From IMG/VR virus record IMGVR_UViG_3300048577_000498, positions 1 to 49,931 of that record: a stretch of DNA of 49,931 nucleotides; one strand, written 5' to 3'. Both the position numbers and the translations under genes were made by a program. The stretch is from a virus (taxonomy: Duplodnaviria > Caudoviricetes). Shown piece after piece: positions 1 to 8,456 of the stretch. Each line of letters begins with the position of its first letter. Position 1 is the stretch's first letter. The notes under the pieces were generated by a model. That model searched no databases and was not told where the DNA came from. It was given only the letters and a program-made list of their open reading frames with translations.

Positions 1-252
1 ATGCCGCCTCTGGAGCCCGAAGATCTACCGTTCGTGGTCGAGGTTTGGGACCGCGACGATCTCCATGTGGAGCGCGTCTTGGCGCGAGCCACCAACGCTC
101 TCGTCGCCAGGGGTGCCTATCAAGTAGCGGCCAGACTGTACGGGCATCGCCAGCACGTGACACTCCGCGACTGTACTCGCCTGATCGCCTCGACCCGGAG
201 AGACGGCGACGGCGAGCTTCCGGCAAACGTGGCGCGGCTACCGGTTCCGTGA
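1..252 (+). CDS. hypothetical protein (83 aa)
   Basis: ATG-TGA ORF with protein-like composition; no recognised motif. Confidence 0.6.
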   Translation: MPPLEPEDLPFVVEVWDRDDLHVERVLARATNALVARGAYQVAARLYGHRQHVTLRDCTRLIASTRRDGDGELPANVARLPVP

Positions 253-427
253 GACGCCTGCACGATCGACCGCCGCCCTGACAGGCTACAACCGGCCTCG
301 GTCCGCAGTCATTATTGCCACCATTTATGGCTGAGTCCGTTTTGTTATCAATAGCTTACTGATATTGGTTGTATTAATTCTCGCCACAACTGTTAACTTA
401 CACCCCTCACTCCAGGGAGGTTTCATA

Positions 428-703
428 ATGCGCACGACCCCCGACACAGCCGCCGCCGTCACGCCCACCGAGGTCGCCGCCTATGTGGCGGACATGCTGG
501 CCGAGCTCAGAGAGATGGTCGCGGTGCCGCGTCTGGTCGCCCTCCACTATCTGATCTCGCTCGCCTACACGGAAGCGCGCATCCAGCAAGCCGGCGGCGA
601 CTCCGACTGGCGGCCAGCGCCGTTCTTCCTAGCCATGATCCAGGACAACACCCTGGTGGAAGCAGCCCCGGCCGAACTACTGGACAGGGTCAGGCGAGCT
701 TAG
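428..703 (+). CDS. hypothetical protein (91 aa)
   Basis: ATG 428 preceded by GGGAGG; AT-rich upstream region about 310-400. Confidence 0.6.
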   Translation: MRTTPDTAAAVTPTEVAAYVADMLAELREMVAVPRLVALHYLISLAYTEARIQQAGGDSDWRPAPFFLAMIQDNTLVEAAPAELLDRVRRA

Positions 704-881
704 CCCGCGGTCGGATATCGGCTACGATCACGCCGATGGGCTATTGGGAGCAAATCGCCGAGGACAATCGCCGACATCCGCCGGCCGATCGGGTGCGCCG
801 CATCGTCGTCGGCGTCGCCATAGCGGCCGCATCTGCCGCGCTCTGGTGGGTCGCCCTGGCCCCATTCGTTCGCGGTTAAAT

Positions 882-922
882 TCCACATTTGTGTTGACTT
901 CCACACTTCTGTGGACTAGCCT
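882..922 (+). promoter_or_regulatory. hicAB promoter with two tandem palindromic operators
   Basis: TTGACT (894-899), 17 bp, TAGCCT (917-922); TCCACA-N4-TGTGGA at 900-915 and a 1-mismatch copy at 882-897. Confidence 0.7.
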
Positions 923-928
923 ATATTC

Positions 929-1117
929 ATGAACGCGAAAGAACTCCAGAAGCTCCTTGCCTCCCACGGGTGCAAATTCGAAACGCATCGCGGCGGCTCC
1001 GGCCACCTCACCGTTCGCCGCGGCGACCGCAAGTCGCAAATCCCGATGCACGGTCAGGGCAAGGAGCTTGGCAAGGGGCTGGTGAACCGGATTTTGAAGG
1101 ACTTGGGCTTAAAATGA
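929..1117 (+). CDS. hicA: HicA family mRNA interferase toxin
   Basis: 62 aa basic protein with GGSGH and IPMHG..KELGKGLV..ILKDLGL motifs; ATGA overlap with the downstream gene. Confidence 0.9.
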   Translation: MNAKELQKLLASHGCKFETHRGGSGHLTVRRGDRKSQIPMHGQGKELGKGLVNRILKDLGLK

Positions 1118-1566
1118 TCTATCTGATCGACGTCGAAAAAGACACGGATGGCTCGCTCCTGGCCACGTGCAGGGCGTTCCCCGAGCTCGTCACCTTCGGC
1201 GAGGACCGCAAAGACGTGCAAATACACGCCGTCGGCGCCCTTGAGGAAGCGCTCGCCGCCCGTATCGCCGATGGCGAGCCGATCCCCGATCCCGCGACAC
1301 CCGCTCAACTCAAGCGGAGCAAGGATGCGGTCTGGGTCAAGCTGCCGCTGATGACGACGCTCAAGGTGGGGCTTTACGAGACGTTGCGTCGGTCCGGCAT
1401 CACCCGCGCCGAATTGGCGCGCCGGCTTGGCTGGAAACGAGAGTCCGTCGACCGCCTGTTCCGCCTCGATCACGCCTCGCGGACCGAGCAGATCGAAGCC
1501 GCCTTGCGCGCCCTGAACCGCGAAGTCGATGTCACGATCTCCGGCCGCGCCGAGGCGGCCGCATGA
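1114..1566 (+). CDS. hicB: HicB family antitoxin with C-terminal HTH
   Basis: FPELVTFGED...ALEEAL...GEPIPDP N-domain plus ITRAELARRLGW HTH; coupled to hicA. Confidence 0.9.
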   Translation: MIYLIDVEKDTDGSLLATCRAFPELVTFGEDRKDVQIHAVGALEEALAARIADGEPIPDPATPAQLKRSKDAVWVKLPLMTTLKVGLYETLRRSGITRAELARRLGWKRESVDRLFRLDHASRTEQIEAALRALNREVDVTISGRAEAAA

Positions 1567-1716
1567 CAGGTGTTCGCCATGGATGAACCGGCCGCCGGCG
1601 AGACTATTCCGGCCGCCGTCGCCATGCTGCTGCGGCTCATGGTGGCCCAGGGCCTCAAGCCAGCGGACGTCGTGAAGATCCCGCCGGCCGGCTGAACACC
1701 GCCGGGACATATACCG

Positions 1717-2562
1717 TCACAACGGCAGTTCGCCAGCCCGCAATGCCCACACGGAATCGTCGGCACGCGGCCCCATGACGATCAACTCGCCGGCATCGGC
1801 CCAGGTCCCGCCAGCGATCGTGTAGCGGGTCGTGACCGACTCGAGTCGAAAGGCACCAAAAGCCTCGCGGATCTCGGGCACGTCGTTGATCGACAGGATG
1901 AAGTGACCCTCGATTCGCGCCAGCGCCGCCGCCATGACGGCGAAGTCGGCCCGCGTGAACGCCTCGCCGTAGTCATCTTCCGAGCCGTGGTAAGGAGGGT
2001 CGAGGTAAAATAGCGTTCCGGCATTGTCGTAGCGCTGCAGGAAATCGGCCCACGGCAGGCATTCGATGACGACGCCGGCGAGACGCTCGTGGATTTCGGC
2101 AAGTAGCGGCCCGAGCTTGGTGACGTCGAAGCGCGACGCCGATCCGGTCGACGTGCCGAAATTTCGCCCCGCCACCTTGCCGCCGAAGGCGAGGCGCTGG
2201 AGGTAGAGGAACCGCGCCGCCCGCTCCAGATCCGTCAGCGTCGTCGGGTCGATCGCGATCAGCCGCTCGAATTCAGATCGAGACGTGATCTGGAACTTCA
2301 GCGTCTCCATGAATTGTGGGTAGTGCCGCTGGAGGATGCGGAAAAGTGTCGCGACGTCACGTGAGATGTCGTTGACGACCTCGCACGACGGCGCCCAGGC
2401 ACGACGGAAGAAGACCCCGCCCATGCCGACGAAGGGCTCGGCGTAGGTCATATGCGGCACGGATTCGATCCGCCGCGCCAGCTCGGCCGCCAGGCGCTTC
2501 TTGCCACCGATATAGGCGGCCGCCGGCCGCACGGGCGCGACCGGCCTGAGGACATTCGTCAT
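1717..2562 (-). CDS. Dam/D12-class DNA adenine methyltransferase
   Basis: YIGGK, EPFVGMGGV (SAM-binding), VNDI and LFYLDPPY (catalytic) motifs. Confidence 0.92.
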   Translation of the reverse strand: MTNVLRPVAPVRPAAAYIGGKKRLAAELARRIESVPHMTYAEPFVGMGGVFFRRAWAPSCEVVNDISRDVATLFRILQRHYPQFMETLKFQITSRSEFERLIAIDPTTLTDLERAARFLYLQRLAFGGKVAGRNFGTSTGSASRFDVTKLGPLLAEIHERLAGVVIECLPWADFLQRYDNAGTLFYLDPPYHGSEDDYGEAFTRADFAVMAAALARIEGHFILSINDVPEIREAFGAFRLESVTTRYTIAGGTWADAGELIVMGPRADDSVWALRAGELPL

Positions 2563-2722
2563 GGCTCAACACTTTCTTGAGGGATCGCCCCTAGCGTCGA
2601 TGCCGGCGGGGCGGTGTCGAGCTTCTCTGCACCGGGCGGGACGAGTGCAACGTTGCCCCGCAGTCGGCGGCGCGCCAACGCCGCCAGCCCCCGCCACTAA
2701 CTGACGCGGGCGCTGAAACGCG

Positions 2723-2760
2723 AAAAAGCCCCGCACCCGGCCGGGACCGAGATGCGGGGC
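2723..2760 (-). terminator. intrinsic terminator closing the late/lysis operon
   Basis: GCCCCGCA...TGCGGGGC stem followed by TTTTT on the minus strand. Confidence 0.6.
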
Positions 2761-2854
2761 CGAGTCACCGAGTCGTTCAACAGAGTGGACAGGAGCCACT
2801 CGGTGTCCATCGACATGGACCTCGGAGGCCGGCGGGAAGCGCCGGCGAAACCGT

Positions 2855-3082
2855 CTAGCCGGCGCCGAGCGCGGTAAGATCGTTCTCGTCACCCGGATTG
2901 GCGCGCAGCATCACGCCGGTGTTGATGGCGCCGAAGGTCTCCCGGGCGCCGTCCGGCCGGCGGCCGAGCACCGACACCGCCGAGACGTTGCAGTAATCAT
3001 CGGTCGGATAGAGGTTTTCGATCGTCGCGGGGATGAGGACCATATCGCCCGCTTTCAGTTCGCGGCCCTTGGCGTCGTGCAT
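2855..3082 (-). CDS. small hypothetical protein (75 aa)
   Basis: MHDAKGRELKAGD start with GAGGAG/GGAG upstream. Confidence 0.65.
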   Translation of the reverse strand: MHDAKGRELKAGDMVLIPATIENLYPTDDYCNVSAVSVLGRRPDGARETFGAINTGVMLRANPGDENDLTALGAG

Positions 3083-3164
3083 CTCCGTCTCCTCGTTTGG
3101 GTTGTTGCCCGGTACCGCCGGGCGCGGATCTCCGCCGCCGCCGCTTCCGCGGCGAATCAAGAAC

Positions 3165-3839
3165 TCACCCCGGCACCCGAAACCCGATCGGCCGCGTTCG
3201 ATACGGGCCCACCTGCCAGGCCTGCCGGCGCGACGACGGGTTGAGGTAGATCACCGTCCCATCCGGCTCGACCGAATGCACGATGGCGACATGGCCGCCG
3301 CCGCGGCGGTGGAACACGGCGACCGCGCCCGGCACGGCGCCCAAACTCCGGCCCCAGGCGAGAAAATCCTTGGCCCGGTCCGAACCGGTGCTGGCGATGC
3401 CGCGGGCGGCCAGCGCCGCATTGACATTGCGGGCGCACATCAGGGCGCCGCGGATGAACCGGGCCGGCGCCGCGATCGCGTCCACAAGCCCGCCCAGAGG
3501 CGCCCAGGAGGCCGGCCATGGCCGCGCGGACGAATGTGCCCGACCGGCGGCGGGCGCAGCGGCGGGCTCCGCGGGCCCGGCGAACACGATCCTGCCGTCA
3601 TTGTCGGTCGACGGCCCGCTCGCCACGCCAGGGCGACGAGATACCAGGCCGCGACGAGCTTTGTGGTGTTGGCGAAAGTGCCGGCGGTCGCGGCGGACCA
3701 CCCTCCCCTCAACCGGGCATGGCACCTCGACGACGATGCCGCGGGAGCGTTCGAGACGGCCGCATGGGCGAGCCTCGGCCGCGGCGGCGATCAACAACAT
3801 CGCGAGCGCGAACGCGCCCGCGCCGAGAAGGCGCGTCAT
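3165..3839 (-). CDS. exported CHAP/NlpC-like Cys-His peptidoglycan hydrolase candidate
   Basis: Signal peptide; MCARNVN Cys and RRGGGHVAIV His motifs; lies in the lysis cluster. Confidence 0.6.
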   Translation of the reverse strand: MTRLLGAGAFALAMLLIAAAAEARPCGRLERSRGIVVEVPCPVEGRVVRRDRRHFRQHHKARRGLVSRRPGVASGPSTDNDGRIVFAGPAEPAAAPAAGRAHSSARPWPASWAPLGGLVDAIAAPARFIRGALMCARNVNAALAARGIASTGSDRAKDFLAWGRSLGAVPGAVAVFHRRGGGHVAIVHSVEPDGTVIYLNPSSRRQAWQVGPYRTRPIGFRVPG

Positions 3840-3868
3840 GGGGAACCTCGTCGTTGATTGGGGGTCGA

Positions 3869-4204
3869 TCAGTGGCCGCGGACCATGATCTGTTGCAGGC
3901 CAAGCCACAGGGCGCCGAGCGCCGCGGTGACGATCAGGCCGACGGCGGCGCGCACGCCGGTCTTGCGCATCGCCGTCGTGCCAAGCCGCCATTCGCGCAC
4001 GAATTCGAGATCCTTGCGGAAGTCGGAATCGAGCGCCAGGCGGGCGAGTTCGTGGATGACGACGAAATCTCGCTGCGCCTCGCGGATCGCCTGCGGTCCG
4101 GACACGTCGATACCGATGGCGATCAACACCTCCTGCACGGCCTCCTTGGCCGCTACCGCCGCGATCTCCTTGACCTCGTCGCGGGCGAGTTCGGGCGTCG
4201 CCAT
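3869..4204 (-). CDS. lysis-cluster membrane protein with C-terminal TM helix
   Basis: 111 aa, C-terminal AAVGLIVTAALGALWLGL; coupled to the holin. Confidence 0.65.
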   Translation of the reverse strand: MATPELARDEVKEIAAVAAKEAVQEVLIAIGIDVSGPQAIREAQRDFVVIHELARLALDSDFRKDLEFVREWRLGTTAMRKTGVRAAVGLIVTAALGALWLGLQQIMVRGH

Positions 4205-4905
4205 CACGACACCGGGTCGGGCCGGAAGACTGTCGGCGCAGCGTACGCCGGCGGCGGCTTGGCCGACGTCACGGGCTTGACCCCCACGGCAGGTTTCGGC
4301 GCCGGCTGTGCGGCGGTCGTCGGCGCGGCAACCGCCCCGGCCCGTTTCTCCATCGACCGCGACGGAATATAGACGCCGACCATCAGGCCGAGCACACCGA
4401 AATAAGCCAGCCAGATCGGCCATGCATCGGTGAGGATCTGCAGCGGCCTCTCCTTGCCGGCGAAAGCAGCGCCGCTGGCGGCGACCGTCAACATGGCCCC
4501 GAAGGCGAGCGCTGCGAGCACGAAGACCCAGCCGATCGCCGGCCGCCAGCCGGTGTAGTACCAGTGCCGCTGCGCGACCTCGGCGCGCATGGTGGTGGCG
4601 GTCTCGTGCAGCCCGGCCTCGATTGCCCGCAGGTGCGCCAGCTCGACGGCGACGAAGCCCTCGATCTCGATGCGCGCTTGCTCGGTCGCGGCCTGGATTT
4701 TCGCCCGCGCGGTCTCCTCGCCGGCAACGGCGATCGCCTCGCTCACCGCCTGCGGGGTCGGCGCCACCCCGAAGGCTCCGGCGATCAGCTGGCCGAATTT
4801 CTCGCCGATCAGCGAGCCGCCTGGAATCGGCAGCAAGCCGCCGACGATCGAGCCGGCGACAGGGGCGAGCGGTGCGATCAGTTTGCCGACGTCCTTCCAA
4901 TCCAT
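4204..4905 (-). CDS. 3TM-type holin
   Basis: GWRPAIGW motif and hydrophobic segments; near the endolysin. Confidence 0.75.
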   Translation of the reverse strand: MDWKDVGKLIAPLAPVAGSIVGGLLPIPGGSLIGEKFGQLIAGAFGVAPTPQAVSEAIAVAGEETARAKIQAATEQARIEIEGFVAVELAHLRAIEAGLHETATTMRAEVAQRHWYYTGWRPAIGWVFVLAALAFGAMLTVAASGAAFAGKERPLQILTDAWPIWLAYFGVLGLMVGVYIPSRSMEKRAGAVAAPTTAAQPAPKPAVGVKPVTSAKPPPAYAAPTVFRPDPVS

Positions 4906-4911
4906 CGCCCC

Positions 4912-5298
4912 TCACTCCTTGTCGGCGAGCGGCTCGCTCGTCACCTTGCGCAGGTGGTTGAAGAGGAAGCCGGTCACCGAGACGAAGCCGGCGACGGCGA
5001 GGCTCATGACCAGCGGGCGTATGTCGTCGGGGACGCCGGCGAGCGCCCGCGCGACAAGCGGCGTCCAGTCGAGCGCCAGCGAGCCTAGGGTGTCGTGCAG
5101 GGTCAACAGAAGCCCGCCGAGCCAGTAGAGCCGGCCGACCAGGATAGTGCGGGACTTCGCCCACAGAACACGCTCGTAGGGTTCGATCCAGTCGAAGAAG
5201 GGATCGAAGGCCGGCATCTCGCGGATGGCCGGGCGGACGAGGAATACGTAGACGAGCAGCAGCACGAGCAGGCACGCGAAGACGAGCAGCCACGACAT
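4912..5298 (-). CDS. multi-TM membrane protein (holin-like)
   Basis: Three hydrophobic segments; between endolysin and holin. Confidence 0.65.
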   Translation of the reverse strand: MSWLLVFACLLVLLLVYVFLVRPAIREMPAFDPFFDWIEPYERVLWAKSRTILVGRLYWLGGLLLTLHDTLGSLALDWTPLVARALAGVPDDIRPLVMSLAVAGFVSVTGFLFNHLRKVTSEPLADKE

Positions 5299-5350
5299 GG
5301 CCTGTCCTTTCGTTCGAGGTTGGCCTTGAGGGGAAGTGGCCGGCGCGGCC

Positions 5351-6331
5351 CTAGAACCAGTTGGCCTTGAGGACCGCCTTTTTCCTGGCGATCAGGATCG
5401 CGGCGACGATGACGACGGCGACGCCGGCGCCGATCAGCGACCAGGTGACGAGCGGCGAGAGAAGTGCCGGCGGCGCAGCGGGCTGCTCGGTCGTCGTAGT
5501 CGTTTTCTTGGCGGCTTCGCCGGCGCCGCCCACGACCGTGCCGCCGGTTCCGACCTTGACGGCGGCGCGCTCCTTCTTCGTCGCCGCGTCGACGACGTCC
5601 TTGGGCGGCGCCGGCGTCGGCGGTGCTCCCGGCAAAGCCTTGGCGACCGGCTTGATACGCTCCACATTGGCGAACCGCGCGATCACCGGATCGTTGCCGG
5701 CGAGCCGCGCCTCGCGGTCCGCCATGCCGATATGGCCGCCGTTCCAGGCTTTGACGTAGCCCTTCCAGTCGCCGACATCGGCCTTGGCGTTGAGTCCCTT
5801 CCAGTCGATGAAGCCGGCGAGGATCGCGGCCTGGTGCTCGGCCGCACAGGCGAGCACCGGCGCCGCGACGAGGTCGCGGCCGCAGCGCTGGCCGACGTTC
5901 CTGTAGCCGTCGCGGCCGGTGATCTGGGGCGCGCCGCGGCCGATGAACGTAGATCCGTCGCTCGTACCCGGCCGGTTGCCCATGCGGCTGCCATAGACGT
6001 CGTCGAACATCTTGAGCTGCCATCCGGGCGCGGTGCCGTATTTCGCCCGCACCACCGCCGCCGACGGTTTGCCGTTCGCGTCCTTGAAGCGCGACGGCCA
6101 GATCTGCGCCGCCCGCTCGGCCGTGTAGGCGATGCTCTCGGTCAGGTTCTTGATCGTGAAGCCGCCGGTCTCGTGTTCGGCGTTGGCGAGCGCATAGGCG
6201 AGCCGCTGGCGGGTGTGGTTGACGCCCGCTTTGGTCAGTTCGTCCTGGCGGGCGAGGAGCGCGTCGAGGATCGGCTGCGGCGCCTTGGGGAAGATCGCCC
6301 GCAGTCCGTCGGCCGTGAGTTCGATCGGCAT
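5351..6331 (-). CDS. GH19 (chitinase-like) endolysin with C-terminal TM anchor
   Basis: HETGG, FIGRGAPQITGRDGY and WNGG motifs; hydrophobic C-terminus followed by RKK. Confidence 0.85.
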   Translation of the reverse strand: MPIELTADGLRAIFPKAPQPILDALLARQDELTKAGVNHTRQRLAYALANAEHETGGFTIKNLTESIAYTAERAAQIWPSRFKDANGKPSAAVVRAKYGTAPGWQLKMFDDVYGSRMGNRPGTSDGSTFIGRGAPQITGRDGYRNVGQRCGRDLVAAPVLACAAEHQAAILAGFIDWKGLNAKADVGDWKGYVKAWNGGHIGMADREARLAGNDPVIARFANVERIKPVAKALPGAPPTPAPPKDVVDAATKKERAAVKVGTGGTVVGGAGEAAKKTTTTTEQPAAPPALLSPLVTWSLIGAGVAVVIVAAILIARKKAVLKANWF

Positions 6332-6372
6332 GGTGGTCTCCTGGTGGTGATCGGTGAAACAGAGGCGGCCGA

Positions 6373-7437
6373 TCAATCGTCGTCGCCGGTCTCGCCGCCT
6401 TCGGGTTCGTCGCCGCCGGTCTTGGCGGCGCTGCCGCCGCCCTCGCCGTCGTCGCCGAGCTTGGCCTCAACCTGGGTGGTGTAACCGGACTTGTTGAGCG
6501 TGTGGGTCGCCGTCTCGATGATGAACGGGATGCCATCGAGCTCCGGCCGCACGCCGGCATAGACGAGCGGCGCACCGGCGCGGATCGAAGGATCGCCGAA
6601 CAGCGTCACCGAGGTCCGGATCGTCTCGGCCTTGAGGTCCTTCGCCTTGGCCTTGGCGGCCTTCTTGGCCTCGTCTTCGTCCACATAGGCTTCCGGAAGC
6701 GTGTAGTCCGCCTCGCCGTCGTCGTCGCTGTCCTCCTCGACGTCGACGCGCGCGGCCGTCTTGCGGTCCTGGGCGTGCGCCTTGACCTTTTTGAACGAGT
6801 TGCGGTGCTGAAACGTGGCCTGGCAGGTGCCTTCGACGATGTTGTCCGGCGTCGCCGTCACCGCCGTCAGCGCCGCACCGCTGGCCGCCTTCCCGCTGCC
6901 CTTGGCGGCGAAGATCAACATCCCGTTCTTGACCGTGAACAGGGCGCCGTGACGGCGCGCGAGGCGTTCGATGACGTGGATGCCGCTCTCGTCCTCCTGG
7001 CCGAACCACTCGTATTTGTAGCCCGCGACCTTGCCGTCGACCTTGGCGGTCCAGCCGTGATCCTTGGCGATGTCGGTGACGATGTCCTTGACGGTCTTCT
7101 TGTCCCAGTAGCGCGCGCCGTGCTGCTTCGGCGTCTTGCGCATATCGGTGCCCTTGCCGTTGACCGACAGCTTGTAGGGCAGGCAATGCACCTGCGGGTC
7201 GTCGGCCGTGTAGGCGCCGAAAAAGAGCACGCCGGTCTCGCGATAGCCGAGCCGGGCGGTGATGATGTCGCCCTTGCGCGGGATCGCGGCGAACGGATTG
7301 CCGTCGTTGAGTTCGCACGCGATGGTATCGGACGTCACACCTTCCTTGTCGGTGATCGTCACCGAGATCAACCGTTCGTTGAACAGCGAGGCGACCGGGA
7401 CGCCGTTCACCGATATTTCAGCGACGGGGGTTTTCAT
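6373..7437 (-). CDS. P2 gpD-like tail/baseplate hub protein
   Basis: RLISVTITDKEG..SD and Q..ES....RLARRHGA...VKNG.LIF motifs; follows X/U genes; start could be 7458. Confidence 0.85.
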   Translation of the reverse strand: MKTPVAEISVNGVPVASLFNERLISVTITDKEGVTSDTIACELNDGNPFAAIPRKGDIITARLGYRETGVLFFGAYTADDPQVHCLPYKLSVNGKGTDMRKTPKQHGARYWDKKTVKDIVTDIAKDHGWTAKVDGKVAGYKYEWFGQEDESGIHVIERLARRHGALFTVKNGMLIFAAKGSGKAASGAALTAVTATPDNIVEGTCQATFQHRNSFKKVKAHAQDRKTAARVDVEEDSDDDGEADYTLPEAYVDEDEAKKAAKAKAKDLKAETIRTSVTLFGDPSIRAGAPLVYAGVRPELDGIPFIIETATHTLNKSGYTTQVEAKLGDDGEGGGSAAKTGGDEPEGGETGDDD

Positions 7438-7475
7438 GCTAGGCAGCCGGCCGGACATGCGATGGAGGGGCGGAC

Positions 7476-7808
7476 ATGCGATTTCTTCTCGTCACTGCGG
7501 TCTCGTTGATCGTGACCTCGGCCTCGGCGAACGACTTGCCGCGCTACGATCCGGATGGGTGGTGCAAGCGCGTCGCGGAAATCGGCGGCGGAAAATCGGA
7601 GATGATCCGTCGCGGTTGCTTCGAGCAGGAGCAAAGCGCTTACGACAAGCTGAAGCCTTTGTGGGCCGGCATTCCCGCCAAGACCCGACGCTGGTGCGAC
7701 CAGGTCGCCAGGGCCGGCGGCCGCGGCTCCTACGCCGCCCTCGAACAATGCCTCGACATGGAGCATTTCTCGAAGACGAAGAACGACAACTCCAAGTTTC
7801 GCTTCTGA
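7476..7808 (+). CDS. small secreted Cys-containing moron protein
   Basis: Signal peptide (..SASA/ND), four Cys; opposite strand to the tail operon. Confidence 0.7.
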   Translation: MRFLLVTAVSLIVTSASANDLPRYDPDGWCKRVAEIGGGKSEMIRRGCFEQEQSAYDKLKPLWAGIPAKTRRWCDQVARAGGRGSYAALEQCLDMEHFSKTKNDNSKFRF

Positions 7809-7811
7809 CCG

Positions 7812-8024
7812 CTAATCCCACAGGCTGACGATCTTCTTTTCCGGCGCGGCGCGCGGCAGGTCCGGCAGGACGACTCTCGTCATGATCGGCAGCACCAGGC
7901 CGCGGCCGGCGAGGCCCGGATTGGCGTCGAGCACCTTCTCGACATAGCCGCTCTCGTCCCCATAGGCGCGCCGGCAGATCATGTCGACCATCTCGCCCTG
8001 CTTGGTGATGTAGATCGTCGGCAT
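7812..8024 (-). CDS. P2 gpX-like tail protein (LysM-like)
   Basis: QGEMVDMIC.RAYG...VLDANPGLA...VSLWD signature. Confidence 0.88.
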   Translation of the reverse strand: MPTIYITKQGEMVDMICRRAYGDESGYVEKVLDANPGLAGRGLVLPIMTRVVLPDLPRAAPEKKIVSLWD

Positions 8025-8029
8025 CAGGT

Positions 8030-8455
8030 TCACCCGAACAGCGACTGGATGATCGAGATCGGCGAGAACGAGTTGCCGACATAGCGCTTGAGGTCGATCG
8101 TATAGACGTCCTTGCGCGGCCGGCCGGCGGCGTCGTGGTAGGATTGCTCCTCGGTGACGCCCTCGATGACGTAGAGGCCGAACACGTTGCCGCCCAGCGT
8201 CACCAGCGGCAGCACGGTGCCGGCGCGCGCCGCCGAGCGCACGCCTTCCAGGCTGTCGAGCCCGCCGAACTCTTCGGGAAACACGACGCCGGCGATCGAC
8301 ACTTTGTCGCTCTCGCCGCCGGTCCATTGCAGCCGGTCGAGCCCGCCGACGGTTGCGATCGACGCCCACGGCGTCGCCAGCCCGCGGCCGATGCCGTGGA
8401 AGCCGAAGGAGAGGGATTCGAAGCCGAACGGCCCCAGTGCCATCGGGGTCGGCAT
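8030..8455 (-). CDS. P2 gpU-like tail protein
   Basis: MALGPFGF...LQWTG...G.P pattern; follows the tape measure gene. Confidence 0.85.
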   Translation of the reverse strand: MPTPMALGPFGFESLSFGFHGIGRGLATPWASIATVGGLDRLQWTGGESDKVSIAGVVFPEEFGGLDSLEGVRSAARAGTVLPLVTLGGNVFGLYVIEGVTEEQSYHDAAGRPRKDVYTIDLKRYVGNSFSPISIIQSLFG

Positions 8456-8456
8456 C

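Noticed and set aside
1579-1695. 38-aa ORF after hicB
   Set aside because: Too short with no motif; it cannot be supported without expression or conservation data.
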